Of a DNA stretch of 64,000 nucleotides, positions 34,307-43,790 are shown in pieces. A program made the translations under genes and the position numbers. The stretch is from Bacteriovoracaceae bacterium (GTDB lineage Bacteria; Bdellovibrionota; Bacteriovoracia; Bacteriovoracales; Bacteriovoracaceae), in NCBI GenBank assembly GCA_023954635.1, contig JAGSHI010000004.1, positions 1,028 through 65,027 of the forward strand, in the 5' to 3' direction. Position 1 is the first letter of the stretch. The number at the start of each line of letters is the position of its first letter. The notes beneath the pieces were generated by a model that saw only the letters and a list, made by a program, of their open reading frames with translations, did no database searches and was not told the DNA's origin.

Positions 34307-35953
34307 ATGAATCAGAAAAAACATTCTAATGAACTCACACACACTGAAAATAAACTAATTTCATTACGTATATCAAAGCCTAGAAACTTAAAAAATGATG
34401 TTTTATCGGGCCTTACTGTGGCCTTGGCCCTTATTCCTGAGGCCATAGCTTTTTCATTTGTGGCCGGAGTAAACCCTAAAGTTGGTCTATATGCCGCTTT
34501 CATGATGGGGCTTATAACTGCTATCTTTGGAGGCCGACCAGGAATGATTTCAGGCTCTACTGGGGCCGTAGCTGTTATCTTTGCTCCACTTGTGGCCAAA
34601 GTCGTTGAGATGGGAAAAGTGGCAGGACTAAGTTCAGAAGTCATCTTACAAGATGCTCTGGGATATCTTTTTTCAGCTGTCATCTTGATGGGGCTCATTC
34701 AAATTCTTTTTGGAGTCTTAAAATTAGGGAAGTTTATTAGATTAGTTCCGCATCCAGTGATGTTGGGGTTCGTGAACGGTTTGGCCATCATCATTTTCCA
34801 AGCTCAGTTAAGTCAATTCACAGTTAACGGACAGATCCTGGAGATGAGCTCTCTTATTACGATGTGTACTCTTTTGACCTTAACAATGCTTATTAGTATT
34901 TTCCTACCAAAGTTAACAAAAGCTGTTCCTGCAACACTTGTAGGGATCGTAGTCGTTTCAGTTATCGGCTACTTTCTCAATAAGTTCTCTCCAGGATCTG
35001 TACGAACTGTTCTCGATTTCGTTCAAGATCGGGACCCAAGCATCTTAACAATCGCAGCTGGACTACCAAGCTTTTCTCTACCGACAATGCCACTGAGTTT
35101 AGAGGCGCTTAAACTTATCTTTCCTTATGCTGTTTTAGCAGCAGCAGTCGGGCTCATCGAATCCTTGATGACATTAACACTTATTGATGAACTCACAGAA
35201 ACTCGAGGACACGGAAATAAGGAATGTATTGGTCAAGGCCTGGCCAATCTAGTGAATGGCTTTTTTGGTGGAATGGGTGGTTGTGCCATGATCGGTCAGA
35301 GTATGATCAATATTCGTGGAGGCGGAAGAGGGAGATCTTCAGGAATTTCTGCAGCCATTTTTCTTTTGGCCTTTGTTTCTTTTGGTTCAAGTTTCATCGA
35401 GATGATTCCACTTGCAGCTCTCGTTGGTGTCATGTTTATGGTTGTTATCGGAACATTTGAATGGTCGAGTTTAAGACTCCATGGAAAAATTCCTCTTTCT
35501 GATATCATTGTCATCACAAGTGTTTCTATCATTACAGTGTATGTAGATCTAGCTATTGCTGTTCTCGTTGGAATTATCATGTCTGCCTTAGTCTTTGCGT
35601 GGGAACACGGAAAATCAATCGAAGCAAAAAAGAGAGTTGAAGATAAGAAAACTATTTACGACCTAAAGGGACCACTCTTTTTTGGTTCAGTGACTTCTTT
35701 TAAAGATCTCTTTAGCTTTAAAGATGATGAAGATCATGTGGTTATTGATTTTGCAGAATCTCGCATATGGGATCATTCTGGAATTGAGGCCCTTCAAAAT
35801 ATTACAGAGCGCTATCAACAATACGATAAAAAACTTCATTTACTTAATTTAAGTAAGGAGTGTGCGGTTCTTCTCAAGAGAGCAGACAGTATCGTTGAAC
35901 TTAGTGTGATTGAAGACCTTGAATGGCATATAGTAGACGATAGTCTAGGTTAA
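34307..35953 (+). CDS. SulP-family anion permease with C-terminal STAS domain
   Basis: ATG 34307 with AGGAA RBS. DVLSGLTVALALIPEAIAFSFVAG and GQGLANLVNGFFGGMGG motifs. STAS-like tail (IYDLKGPLFFGS...LHLLNLS). Confidence 0.9.
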   Translation: MNQKKHSNELTHTENKLISLRISKPRNLKNDVLSGLTVALALIPEAIAFSFVAGVNPKVGLYAAFMMGLITAIFGGRPGMISGSTGAVAVIFAPLVAKVVEMGKVAGLSSEVILQDALGYLFSAVILMGLIQILFGVLKLGKFIRLVPHPVMLGFVNGLAIIIFQAQLSQFTVNGQILEMSSLITMCTLLTLTMLISIFLPKLTKAVPATLVGIVVVSVIGYFLNKFSPGSVRTVLDFVQDRDPSILTIAAGLPSFSLPTMPLSLEALKLIFPYAVLAAAVGLIESLMTLTLIDELTETRGHGNKECIGQGLANLVNGFFGGMGGCAMIGQSMINIRGGGRGRSSGISAAIFLLAFVSFGSSFIEMIPLAALVGVMFMVVIGTFEWSSLRLHGKIPLSDIIVITSVSIITVYVDLAIAVLVGIIMSALVFAWEHGKSIEAKKRVEDKKTIYDLKGPLFFGSVTSFKDLFSFKDDEDHVVIDFAESRIWDHSGIEALQNITERYQQYDKKLHLLNLSKECAVLLKRADSIVELSVIEDLEWHIVDDSLG

Positions 35954-36040
35954 GACCTTTATAAAAACTAACATCTAAGTTATTGAAACTAAAAGACTCT
36001 TATTGTTGGATTAAATGAGTGAAAAACCGATAAGTTCACA

Positions 36041-37114
36041 GTGAGAGTCTTATTTTTTTTACTGATTTCAATGAATGTCTATTCTGCAGAAATGTGTCCT
36101 GTAGGCTCAAGGTTTTTGAGTTACAAAGGCGAAATCAATCAGCCAGAAATACTTCTATGTGAATCAACATCACCTCACGAATATTCACTTCTTTTTTCTG
36201 ATGGAACTAAAAGAGGAATCCCTATTCAACCCCTCGAGGGGCAACAAAATTTAATAGAAATCTTAGAAGGCCATAATTGGGGCCAAGCAAAGTTAAACTA
36301 TGTAAAAAGAGTTCACTCAACGAATATTGAAAATGAAAACAGCTATTATATTCAAAGACAAAATTATAGATCGATCACTGTATTAAATAGATTAAATAAT
36401 AATTCATCTTATATTGGTTCACTTTTAAATGACCCTTGTTATTCACAGCTTGATGCCCCAGAAAACTCAAGTGATTCAAGACCATTTCGAAAGTATATGT
36501 GCCAAGTAGAAGTCGATGAATTTCAAAGGCAAAAATTAGGTCTAGATAAGACTGGAAAATTATCCATTGCTCAAATGGAAAGTTTATTTCATGATTTCGA
36601 TTTAATCATGAAAAGTAAATCAATAGTAACGGGATCCGTGGCGACAACTCAAAACTTCGAACCAAGAGATTTTGCAGAATATGATTTGATAGTCACAAAA
36701 AGGACTACTAATGAGCAAGTTATTTTAAAAGGAAGCTGTCGGGACAGGAGAGACGCCATTACCCTTGCCTCTCAATTTAGCGACTCTGAGAGATCTGTCT
36801 CTGACGACTTTGTCTCGCCATTAGACTTTAAAGTTAACGTAGCAGGAATGGATGTTGGTTTTCCCCTTGATGTAAATATTAGACCAGCTGAAAATATAAG
36901 TGATGATGGTGAAGACAAGTATGATGTTGATTTAAATCTCGGCGTCTCAACTGATGTAAACTTAGGAAGAGGGTTAACGATGAAGGTTTCACCAAACATT
37001 ATCGTTCCCTTTGCAAGAGACGTTGGAGGGTTTTCTGACTCTTTAAATGTTAACAATCTAACTGATAACTTCGCCCCAACCGAAGTTGGAGTGAAGTTCA
37101 ATATTCAGTTTTAA
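36041..37114 (+). CDS. hypothetical secreted protein
   Basis: GTG start, signal peptide MRVLFFLLISMNVYSA. The C-terminal part is beta-strand-like and ends in ...KFNIQF (possible OM association). Confidence 0.45.
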   Translation: MRVLFFLLISMNVYSAEMCPVGSRFLSYKGEINQPEILLCESTSPHEYSLLFSDGTKRGIPIQPLEGQQNLIEILEGHNWGQAKLNYVKRVHSTNIENENSYYIQRQNYRSITVLNRLNNNSSYIGSLLNDPCYSQLDAPENSSDSRPFRKYMCQVEVDEFQRQKLGLDKTGKLSIAQMESLFHDFDLIMKSKSIVTGSVATTQNFEPRDFAEYDLIVTKRTTNEQVILKGSCRDRRDAITLASQFSDSERSVSDDFVSPLDFKVNVAGMDVGFPLDVNIRPAENISDDGEDKYDVDLNLGVSTDVNLGRGLTMKVSPNIIVPFARDVGGFSDSLNVNNLTDNFAPTEVGVKFNIQF

Positions 37115-37221
37115 AATAACCTTAGTATTACAGTAAGCCATTGAAAATACGCAAATTTACAATGTTTTTGTGAGATAATTAGTTTATTCGAGACTAATAA
37201 AGCGAAACCTGTTCAACGAAA

Positions 37222-37725
37222 GTGTGGATGAGAGAAGAGCGATTTAACCAAATTAACAATGAGTTTTCAAAGGCCCTCAAAAGGATTTGTGCCAGTTACG
37301 AGCACAACGAACAGAAGTCCTTGGAACTCTATCAAGATGTCATGATGGCAATTTGGCAATCTCTTCCAAACTTTAAGGATGAGTCGACTTTGAAAACTTG
37401 GGTCTATCGGATTGCCTATAACAAATCCATAACTCACGTTTCAAAGGAAGCTAAATCGAACAAGTTGGAATTTAATTCGCTTGAAGACCTCGAAGTCTCC
37501 GTTGAAAGCAATCAAGTTGAAAATCAGGATCAACTCAAAGTGATCCAAGGAATTTTAATGAAACTTGATCCTATCGATAGAGAAGTTTTCGTTCTCTATT
37601 TAGAGGGGGAGAAACAATCAGATATTTCAAGCATCACTGGACTCAGTGAAAGTAATATTTCCACCAAGGTTTCACGAATCAAGAAGATCATTTCTTCAGT
37701 ATTTAGGAGAATGGACAATGAATGA
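37222..37725 (+). CDS. ECF (group 4) sigma-70 family factor (likely ATG start at 37228)
   Basis: Region 2 (LKTWVYRIAYNKSITHV) and region 4 HTH (DREVFVLYLEGEKQSDISSITGLSESNISTKVSRIKK). Confidence 0.85.
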   Translation: MWMREERFNQINNEFSKALKRICASYEHNEQKSLELYQDVMMAIWQSLPNFKDESTLKTWVYRIAYNKSITHVSKEAKSNKLEFNSLEDLEVSVESNQVENQDQLKVIQGILMKLDPIDREVFVLYLEGEKQSDISSITGLSESNISTKVSRIKKIISSVFRRMDNE

Positions 37726-38278
37726 TGAAAAATTAATCAATCTTTGGAAACAAAGTGAAACCACCATAGGAGATGTTGATATGGAAGCTATTAAGTTGAA
37801 GAGTGTGAAATTTGAAAAAACTATTAAGTGGAGAAATTTAAGAGAATATGCAGCTGCTATTTTTGTCATGGTTATGTTTATTCGTAGTGGATTAGAAACT
37901 GAATCAACAGTAAGGATGATCGCCAATTTTGAAATTGCCCTCTCTGCTCTCGTTATTTGTTTCTTTTTATACTTTAAAGGAAAGTCCGAGAAGGTGAGTG
38001 ACCTCGCAGCTGACAGCCAAAAGTATTTGAGGGCTCATAAAGAGGCCTTGAAGAAACAGATAAAGTTACTCGGAAGCGTTCGTTATTGGTATGTTTTCCC
38101 TTTGATGGCAGGAATGCTTGTCTTAAATATAGAGTCATGGATGAGTAGTGGAAATATCTATGTAGGGCTAGGTTCTGTCATTTTTAGTATTGCACTTGGA
38201 ATCGGCATCATTTATTTGAATGAATACTACGGTGTGAGAAAACTACAAGAAGAACTGGATAGTTTAGAGAGTAAATGA
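37718..38278 (+). CDS. membrane protein, putative cognate anti-sigma factor
   Basis: ATG 37718 overlaps the sigma gene end by 8 nt. Short cytoplasmic N-terminus followed by about 4 TM segments. Confidence 0.45.
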   Translation: MNDEKLINLWKQSETTIGDVDMEAIKLKSVKFEKTIKWRNLREYAAAIFVMVMFIRSGLETESTVRMIANFEIALSALVICFFLYFKGKSEKVSDLAADSQKYLRAHKEALKKQIKLLGSVRYWYVFPLMAGMLVLNIESWMSSGNIYVGLGSVIFSIALGIGIIYLNEYYGVRKLQEELDSLESK

Positions 38279-38282
38279 AAGA

Positions 38283-38301
38283 AGGGCACCTACTGTGCCC
38301 T
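38283..38301. terminator. hairpin AGGGCAC-CTACT-GTGCCCT between convergent operons (overlaps the czcA stop codon)
   Basis: Perfect 7-bp stem followed by ATTTTCT on the plus strand. Confidence 0.5.
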
Positions 38302-41300
38302 ATTTTCTAAACTTGGTTGCATCTGCTTTATAAATAATCCATATAAACTTGGAAGAACAATCAGAGTTAGTGCAGTCGCTGACAATATCCCACCAACAAC
38401 AACTGTCGCGAGAGGTTTTTGAACTTCGGCCCCAAGTCCTGTTGAAAACATCATGGGAAGAAACCCAAATATATCTGTAAGAGCTGTCATAAGGACTGGA
38501 CGAAGTCTTGTCATCGCACCTTCTCGGACTACATCTTCGGGAGACTTTCCATCGAGAATGAGCCTATTAAAGTAGGTGACAAGCACCACACCATTTAAAA
38601 TACTAATTCCACACAGAGCAATAAACCCAACGCCAGCAGAAATACTAAAAGGCATTCCCATAAGATTTAATGAGATCACCCCTCCTATAAGCGCCATAGG
38701 AGCACAGGCAAATATGAGAACAACTTGAGCAAAGTTTTTAAAAGCAGCATAGAGCATGGCCAAAATGATAAGTAAGGCCATAGGTACAAGTATTCCTAAT
38801 CTTTCTTTTGCGCTTTGAAGATTTTTAAAGCTCCCACCCCATTCGATATAGTAACCTTCAGGTAGTTTAACTTTTTCACTGACAAGTTTTTTTGCTTTAT
38901 TGACGAAACTTTCAATATCTCTGACTTCAGGATTAATGAGAACAGCAATTCTTCTTTGTGAATTCTCTCTACCTACAGCTGAAAAGGTTTCAACAAACTC
39001 GATATCTGCAACCTGTTCAATAGGAACAGTATACCCATCAGATATACCTACAGGTAAGCTCCTCACAATTTTAACATCCTTTCTTTCTGCTTCAGAAAGT
39101 CTTGTCACTATTGGAAATTTTCGAACTCCATCATAGACATGCCCAACTTCGCGCCCTCCAATGGCGGTACTAATGGCATCTAGTACCGGTCTCGCATTAA
39201 CTCCTAGCTCAGCAAGTTCCTGCATTTTTGGCGTATATTGAAGAAGAGGGGACTTTCCTTTAGATTCGGACTCAGCTACTCCTGCTCCTTCAATGTTACC
39301 TACAATTCCTGCAACTTTTTTAGAATATGAGATTAACTTGTCGAGATCATCCCCAAATACTTTCGCTGAGACATCAGCTCTCGTTCCTTCAAGAAGTTCA
39401 TTAAATCTAAGTTCAACAGGTTGAGAAACTAACATGACTTGACCTGGGACATGGAGGTCAAGTTTATCTTTTACAGCTTTCATTAACGACTTTTTGTCTT
39501 TAATGACCGGATCTTCAGGCCATAGGTCTCTCTTTTTTAACATGACATAGGAATCAGAGATATTAACTCCCATAGGGTCAGTGGCAACTTCAGCAGCTCC
39601 TGTTCTAGCGAATACATCTTTTATTTGTGGAAATTCTGCTACAATTTTTTCTGAAATTTGTTGCAACTTTACGGAGTTCTCCATACTGATATTTGCAGGA
39701 CGAATGAACTGAAGGGCAAAGTCTCCTTCATCCAGCTGAGGTATAAACTCTGCACCCAGCCTTGAGAATAGAAAAACTCCAGTCACAATAGAGGCTATAC
39801 CAAGACCTAAAACTAGCTTTTTAATTTTTAAGGCCTTTTCAAGGGTAGGTTTAAATGCTTTCTCTGCAAGTCCCATTAAAAATGGTTTTTTATCTTTTGT
39901 TTTACCACTCAAAAATGTTGCAGCAAGTGCTGGTACAACAGTAAAAGACAATACGAGGGCCGAGGCCAATGCCATTATGAATGTTGTGGCCATGGGACCA
40001 AACATTTTCCCTTCGACACCTGTAAGTGCAAATAGAGGAATAAAGACAACGATAACGATAAGTTCTCCAAATCCTGCTGCAGATCTGATTTCAATTGCAG
40101 AGTCGATAACGACTTGTTTAACTTCAGCTCTTGTTAATTCCCTTCCAGCCAGTTTTCCTTTTTGTTGTAAGCGGTGAACACAGTTTTCAATAACGATAAC
40201 GGCACCATCAACAATAATTCCAAAGTCAAGAGCACCGAGGCTCATTAAGTTACCGGACACATTTTGCCACTTCATTAAAATGAAAGTCATGAGTAGTGAG
40301 ATAGGAATAGTTATAGAAGTAATAATGGCCGCTCGAACATTTCCAACCAATAGAAGTAAAAATAGAATGACTAGTCCTGCACCCATTAATAGGTTGTGTT
40401 GAACTGTCCCAAGTGTTGCATCTACCATGTCTGAACGATCATATAGAACTTTTAATTTTACCCACTCAGGCAGGTCCTTTTTTATATGATCTAGCTTCCC
40501 TGAAACTCTTTGAGAAACTGCTCTCGAATTTTCTCCAAGAAGCATAAAGGCGGTACCAATAATTGATTCTTCACCATTAACAGTCGCAGCACCGGTTCTA
40601 ATTTGTTTGTCGTACTTAACATCAGCAATATCTTTAATCTTTATCACTTGATAGGAAGAAGTTCTTTTAACGACAACTGATTCGATATCTTTAATGTTCT
40701 GTAAAAGACCAACACCTCGAACTAATAATTGCTCTCCAGTTTGTTGAATATAACCACCGCCAACATTCAAATTTGTTTCTTCAATTGCAGATTCAATGTC
40801 ATCAAAATGGAGACCATACTTGGTCATCTTAAGAATATTTGGTTGGATGAAAAATTGCTTTTCATATCCTCCAATCGTATTGACTTCAGTAACACCTTTA
40901 ACAGTTAGGAGACGGGGTTTAATAAACCAATCTTGAAGAGATCTTAATTCCATTAATTGTAGTAATCTTTTCTCAGGATCAGTTTCTACATTTTTGGCCT
41001 CGATAGAATAATGAAATATCTCTCCAAGGCCTGTACTAATGGGACCCATCTCTGGAGCGATTCCCGCAGGAAGCTCAATGCTATGGAGTTTTTCAGAAGT
41101 CAGTTGCCTGGCTTTATAAATATCCATATCGTCTTTGAAGATGACTGTAACTTGCGAAATCCCATACCGTGAAATAGATCGTATTGTTTCAACTCCAGGA
41201 ATACCATTCATTGAGTATTCAATAGGAAAAGTAACCATTCTTTCGATTTCTTCAGGTACAAGTCCTTTTACCTGAGTATTAATTTGAACTTGAGTGTTCG

Positions 41301-41427
41301 TAATATCTGGTACGGCATCAATGGAGAGCTCTTGAAAAGACTTAGCCCCAAAGATGATTAACAAAAGTGTCGCCATGAAGACAAACATTCTATTGTTGAC
41401 TGAAAATTCTATAACTTTATTGATCAT
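38290..41427 (-). CDS. czcA: heavy-metal efflux RND transporter (CzcA/CusA family)
   Basis: 1045 aa, 12-TM RND architecture. HME signature LGALDFGIIVDGAVIVIEN in TM4. Confidence 0.93.
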   Translation of the reverse strand: MINKVIEFSVNNRMFVFMATLLLIIFGAKSFQELSIDAVPDITNTQVQINTQVKGLVPEEIERMVTFPIEYSMNGIPGVETIRSISRYGISQVTVIFKDDMDIYKARQLTSEKLHSIELPAGIAPEMGPISTGLGEIFHYSIEAKNVETDPEKRLLQLMELRSLQDWFIKPRLLTVKGVTEVNTIGGYEKQFFIQPNILKMTKYGLHFDDIESAIEETNLNVGGGYIQQTGEQLLVRGVGLLQNIKDIESVVVKRTSSYQVIKIKDIADVKYDKQIRTGAATVNGEESIIGTAFMLLGENSRAVSQRVSGKLDHIKKDLPEWVKLKVLYDRSDMVDATLGTVQHNLLMGAGLVILFLLLLVGNVRAAIITSITIPISLLMTFILMKWQNVSGNLMSLGALDFGIIVDGAVIVIENCVHRLQQKGKLAGRELTRAEVKQVVIDSAIEIRSAAGFGELIVIVVFIPLFALTGVEGKMFGPMATTFIMALASALVLSFTVVPALAATFLSGKTKDKKPFLMGLAEKAFKPTLEKALKIKKLVLGLGIASIVTGVFLFSRLGAEFIPQLDEGDFALQFIRPANISMENSVKLQQISEKIVAEFPQIKDVFARTGAAEVATDPMGVNISDSYVMLKKRDLWPEDPVIKDKKSLMKAVKDKLDLHVPGQVMLVSQPVELRFNELLEGTRADVSAKVFGDDLDKLISYSKKVAGIVGNIEGAGVAESESKGKSPLLQYTPKMQELAELGVNARPVLDAISTAIGGREVGHVYDGVRKFPIVTRLSEAERKDVKIVRSLPVGISDGYTVPIEQVADIEFVETFSAVGRENSQRRIAVLINPEVRDIESFVNKAKKLVSEKVKLPEGYYIEWGGSFKNLQSAKERLGILVPMALLIILAMLYAAFKNFAQVVLIFACAPMALIGGVISLNLMGMPFSISAGVGFIALCGISILNGVVLVTYFNRLILDGKSPEDVVREGAMTRLRPVLMTALTDIFGFLPMMFSTGLGAEVQKPLATVVVGGILSATALTLIVLPSLYGLFIKQMQPSLENRAQ

Positions 41428-41444
41428 AATATAGTTGCCTTGTC

Positions 41445-41999
41445 TTAGTGAGAGTGTCCGTATTCAGATTTGTCTGTGCTGTACACATCGCTAACTCTTA
41501 AGAGTCCAACTCCATTCGTTACAAATTGGTCTCCAAAAATAAGACCCTCTATTTTAACTTTATAGTCACTCTTTTGTTCTTTAATTATCCTGGCCGGAAC
41601 AAATTTAAAAAAACCATTACGGAATCGATAGATTCCTTTTTTATCTTTTGTGGTCACAAGGTTTTTCTTTTCGATTAAAAACTCAGAGTTGCTAATTGTT
41701 TTAAGCTGAATTTTGAGAGTTTTTATGGCCTCTTTAGAAAGCATGAAACCATTTTTCTCATCTACTTCAACAATAGCTTTTCCTTTTCCTATCGCCTTTC
41801 CGCCTCCATGCCCATGATCATCGTGAGCTTCGTGCTCATTATGGTCATCCTGACCTTTATGATCATCATGACTGTCTAGGCTATCGTGGCTTCCATGATT
41901 TTCACTTCCATGGTCGTGATCTGAGTGATCACCTTCGGCCCATGAGGAAGCTGAGAGTAAAGAAGCTGTTATATATAAAGTAATTAATAATATTTTCAT
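41445..41999 (-). CDS. His-rich periplasmic protein in the adaptor (CzcB/CusB) position; only the terminal segments of an RND adaptor are recognisable
   Basis: Signal peptide, then about 40 residues with 12 His. Next comes FMLSKEAIKTLKIQLKTI (adaptor N-terminal strand-like) and a C-terminal YKVKIEGLIFGDQFVTNGVGLLRVSDV (adaptor C-terminal-like). 184 aa in total. Confidence 0.5.
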   Translation of the reverse strand: MKILLITLYITASLLSASSWAEGDHSDHDHGSENHGSHDSLDSHDDHKGQDDHNEHEAHDDHGHGGGKAIGKGKAIVEVDEKNGFMLSKEAIKTLKIQLKTISNSEFLIEKKNLVTTKDKKGIYRFRNGFFKFVPARIIKEQKSDYKVKIEGLIFGDQFVTNGVGLLRVSDVYSTDKSEYGHSH

Positions 42000-42011
42000 T
42001 GTTACTCCGAA

Positions 42012-43229
42012 TTAAATATTTTTATTGTTTGTCTGACCATTCATCTTATAAATGTTCCACAGTGCTTCGATAGCACCTATTTCAAACTCAAACCTAGTAT
42101 TAGAAAACTCAATCAATTGTCTGTGAGACTCAATTACGAGTGAAGTTGAAATAATCCCTCTGCTGAAGAGAGACTCAATTCTTTTGTGTTTCATTTCAAG
42201 TTCTTTTTTAGTCGCAATAGAAACTAATGAGTCTCTATATCTTTGATAGGTAATAATCCATGAGTCTAAATCTAAAATGCTCTCTTTCTCTATACTGTTA
42301 AGTTGAGTGGAAGCGACGATGACTTCTTTCGCAGCTTTGGCCTTTCCGGCACTATTAAAGTTCAATACAGGTAGATCAAAAGAAAGTGCGATCCCAATAG
42401 TCTTTGAGTTTCTAGAGTTCAATTTCTCATATTCCAATGTTGGACCTATCTTTAAGTTTGGATAACTTCTAGATGATTCTAAATTTAAATTTGCTTGAGC
42501 TACTTCTAACGAAGCTTTTGCAAAATCTATTTTAGAATAGGATTTTAGTTTTTTACTGTTAAAAACCTCAGTTAAGTTAATTTTTGTTGGAAGTGCTCTC
42601 TTTGGAATGTCACAGTTTGTTCCGGCAAAAAAAGACAAATGTTTACTCAGTTTAATCTTTTCAGAGTTTAACTTAGACATTTTAAGTTGGTAGTCGTATT
42701 TCGCAAGCTCAAGCGTTTCCCTTTCAACTCTTTGTTGAGGAGAAATAGAATTTCTTTTTTTCAATGTTATTAAAATCTTATTAAAAGTAGTTAAGGATTC
42801 TTCATAGAGAGGGATAACTTCATAAATTTGTCTTAATCGATGTAACTTAAGTATTGAGTCAATGATGGTGTCTTCATCTTGAAACATTGCTGCCGCTTTT
42901 CCGGCCTTAAAATGAGTTCGCGCAAGTTTAACTCTAGATTTTCTTTTTCCGCCTAATTCAAAGGTGTGCTTTAAGGTTAAAGAGGTCGAGTATGTCTTCC
43001 CTATAGTGCCATCTTCAATAGTACTCTGAGCATCAAGTTCAGGATTTGGCACTTGATCTGCAAAATCAATTGATTTCTTGAGTACATCACTTTTTGTTTT
43101 ATTGATTGAAATATTTGGATGATTTTTCTTAATCATCTCAAATAACTCATTAGGAGTGTTAAAGTTACACTCTGCCTTCACGACAAAGCTACATATCATT
43201 GAGAATGTGAAGAAAGTAAAACCTTTCAT
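42012..43229 (-). CDS. TolC-family outer-membrane efflux protein (CzcC-like)
   Basis: 405 aa with a signal peptide and two-fold repeated helical/beta OEP-like organisation. Located upstream of the adaptor and RND genes. Confidence 0.8.
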   Translation of the reverse strand: MKGFTFFTFSMICSFVVKAECNFNTPNELFEMIKKNHPNISINKTKSDVLKKSIDFADQVPNPELDAQSTIEDGTIGKTYSTSLTLKHTFELGGKRKSRVKLARTHFKAGKAAAMFQDEDTIIDSILKLHRLRQIYEVIPLYEESLTTFNKILITLKKRNSISPQQRVERETLELAKYDYQLKMSKLNSEKIKLSKHLSFFAGTNCDIPKRALPTKINLTEVFNSKKLKSYSKIDFAKASLEVAQANLNLESSRSYPNLKIGPTLEYEKLNSRNSKTIGIALSFDLPVLNFNSAGKAKAAKEVIVASTQLNSIEKESILDLDSWIITYQRYRDSLVSIATKKELEMKHKRIESLFSRGIISTSLVIESHRQLIEFSNTRFEFEIGAIEALWNIYKMNGQTNNKNI

Positions 43230-43272
43230 TATTCTTTCCTTTATATAAGTAAATTAACTTTTGTGAATTTTA

Positions 43273-43623
43273 TTAAGAGAAGGTCGGAGGTCTTAGTGCA
43301 GGGTCTAGCACTGGTCTTTGATAATATTTGTAGTATGCCCAAGCAGCTTGATTTTTATTAACAAGAGTTGGGGTTATTGAGATTTCGTTTTTTGATATGG
43401 CCATATTGTGATCGCCACTACACTGATGAGAGCAATGCCCTTGCTCATCTTCATTATCATTACAGTTTTTTTCATGGGATTGATCGAAAGAATCGTGATT
43501 TAGATCATTTGTTGAAAGACTATTATTTTTTAGCTCATCGAGAATATGTGAGCTTTCAACTTGAGTCATAAAACCAAGGTTTATGAAAAGGAGAAGTAAA
43601 AGGGTTATAAGTTTTCTCATCAT
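43273..43623 (-). CDS. small secreted Cys/His-rich protein in the czcI-equivalent position
   Basis: 116 aa with a signal peptide and HEKNCNDNEDEQGHCSHQCSGDH. First gene of the czc-like operon. Confidence 0.4.
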   Translation of the reverse strand: MMRKLITLLLLLFINLGFMTQVESSHILDELKNNSLSTNDLNHDSFDQSHEKNCNDNEDEQGHCSHQCSGDHNMAISKNEISITPTLVNKNQAAWAYYKYYQRPVLDPALRPPTFS

Positions 43624-43790
43624 TCGTGGTGCTATGTGCTAAGTGTGGCTATCTGAATATAAGTATAAATGAGCTATTACATCTCGTCTTTAAGTTTTTC
43701 TTAGTTTTGTGTCAATTTGGATCAACGCAACACACCTTAAAAAGTATCACGTACCTATTTAGAATAATAAGAAAAACCACGGATGGATTT

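Noticed and set aside
34312-35580. Antisense and alternative-frame ORFs within the SulP gene (34312..34698 -, 35224..35460 +, 35296..35580 -).
   Set aside because: They are fully embedded in a 549-aa SulP/STAS ORF with strong family motifs, and there is no independent support.
41445-42011. The 184-aa His-rich adaptor-position ORF interpreted as a frameshifted fragment of a full-length CzcB.
   Set aside because: Only 12 nt separate it from the upstream TolC-like gene and 17 nt from czcA. No alternative frame in this interval carries additional adaptor-like sequence, so there is no room for missing domains. I kept it as a genuine short gene, flagged for re-sequencing.
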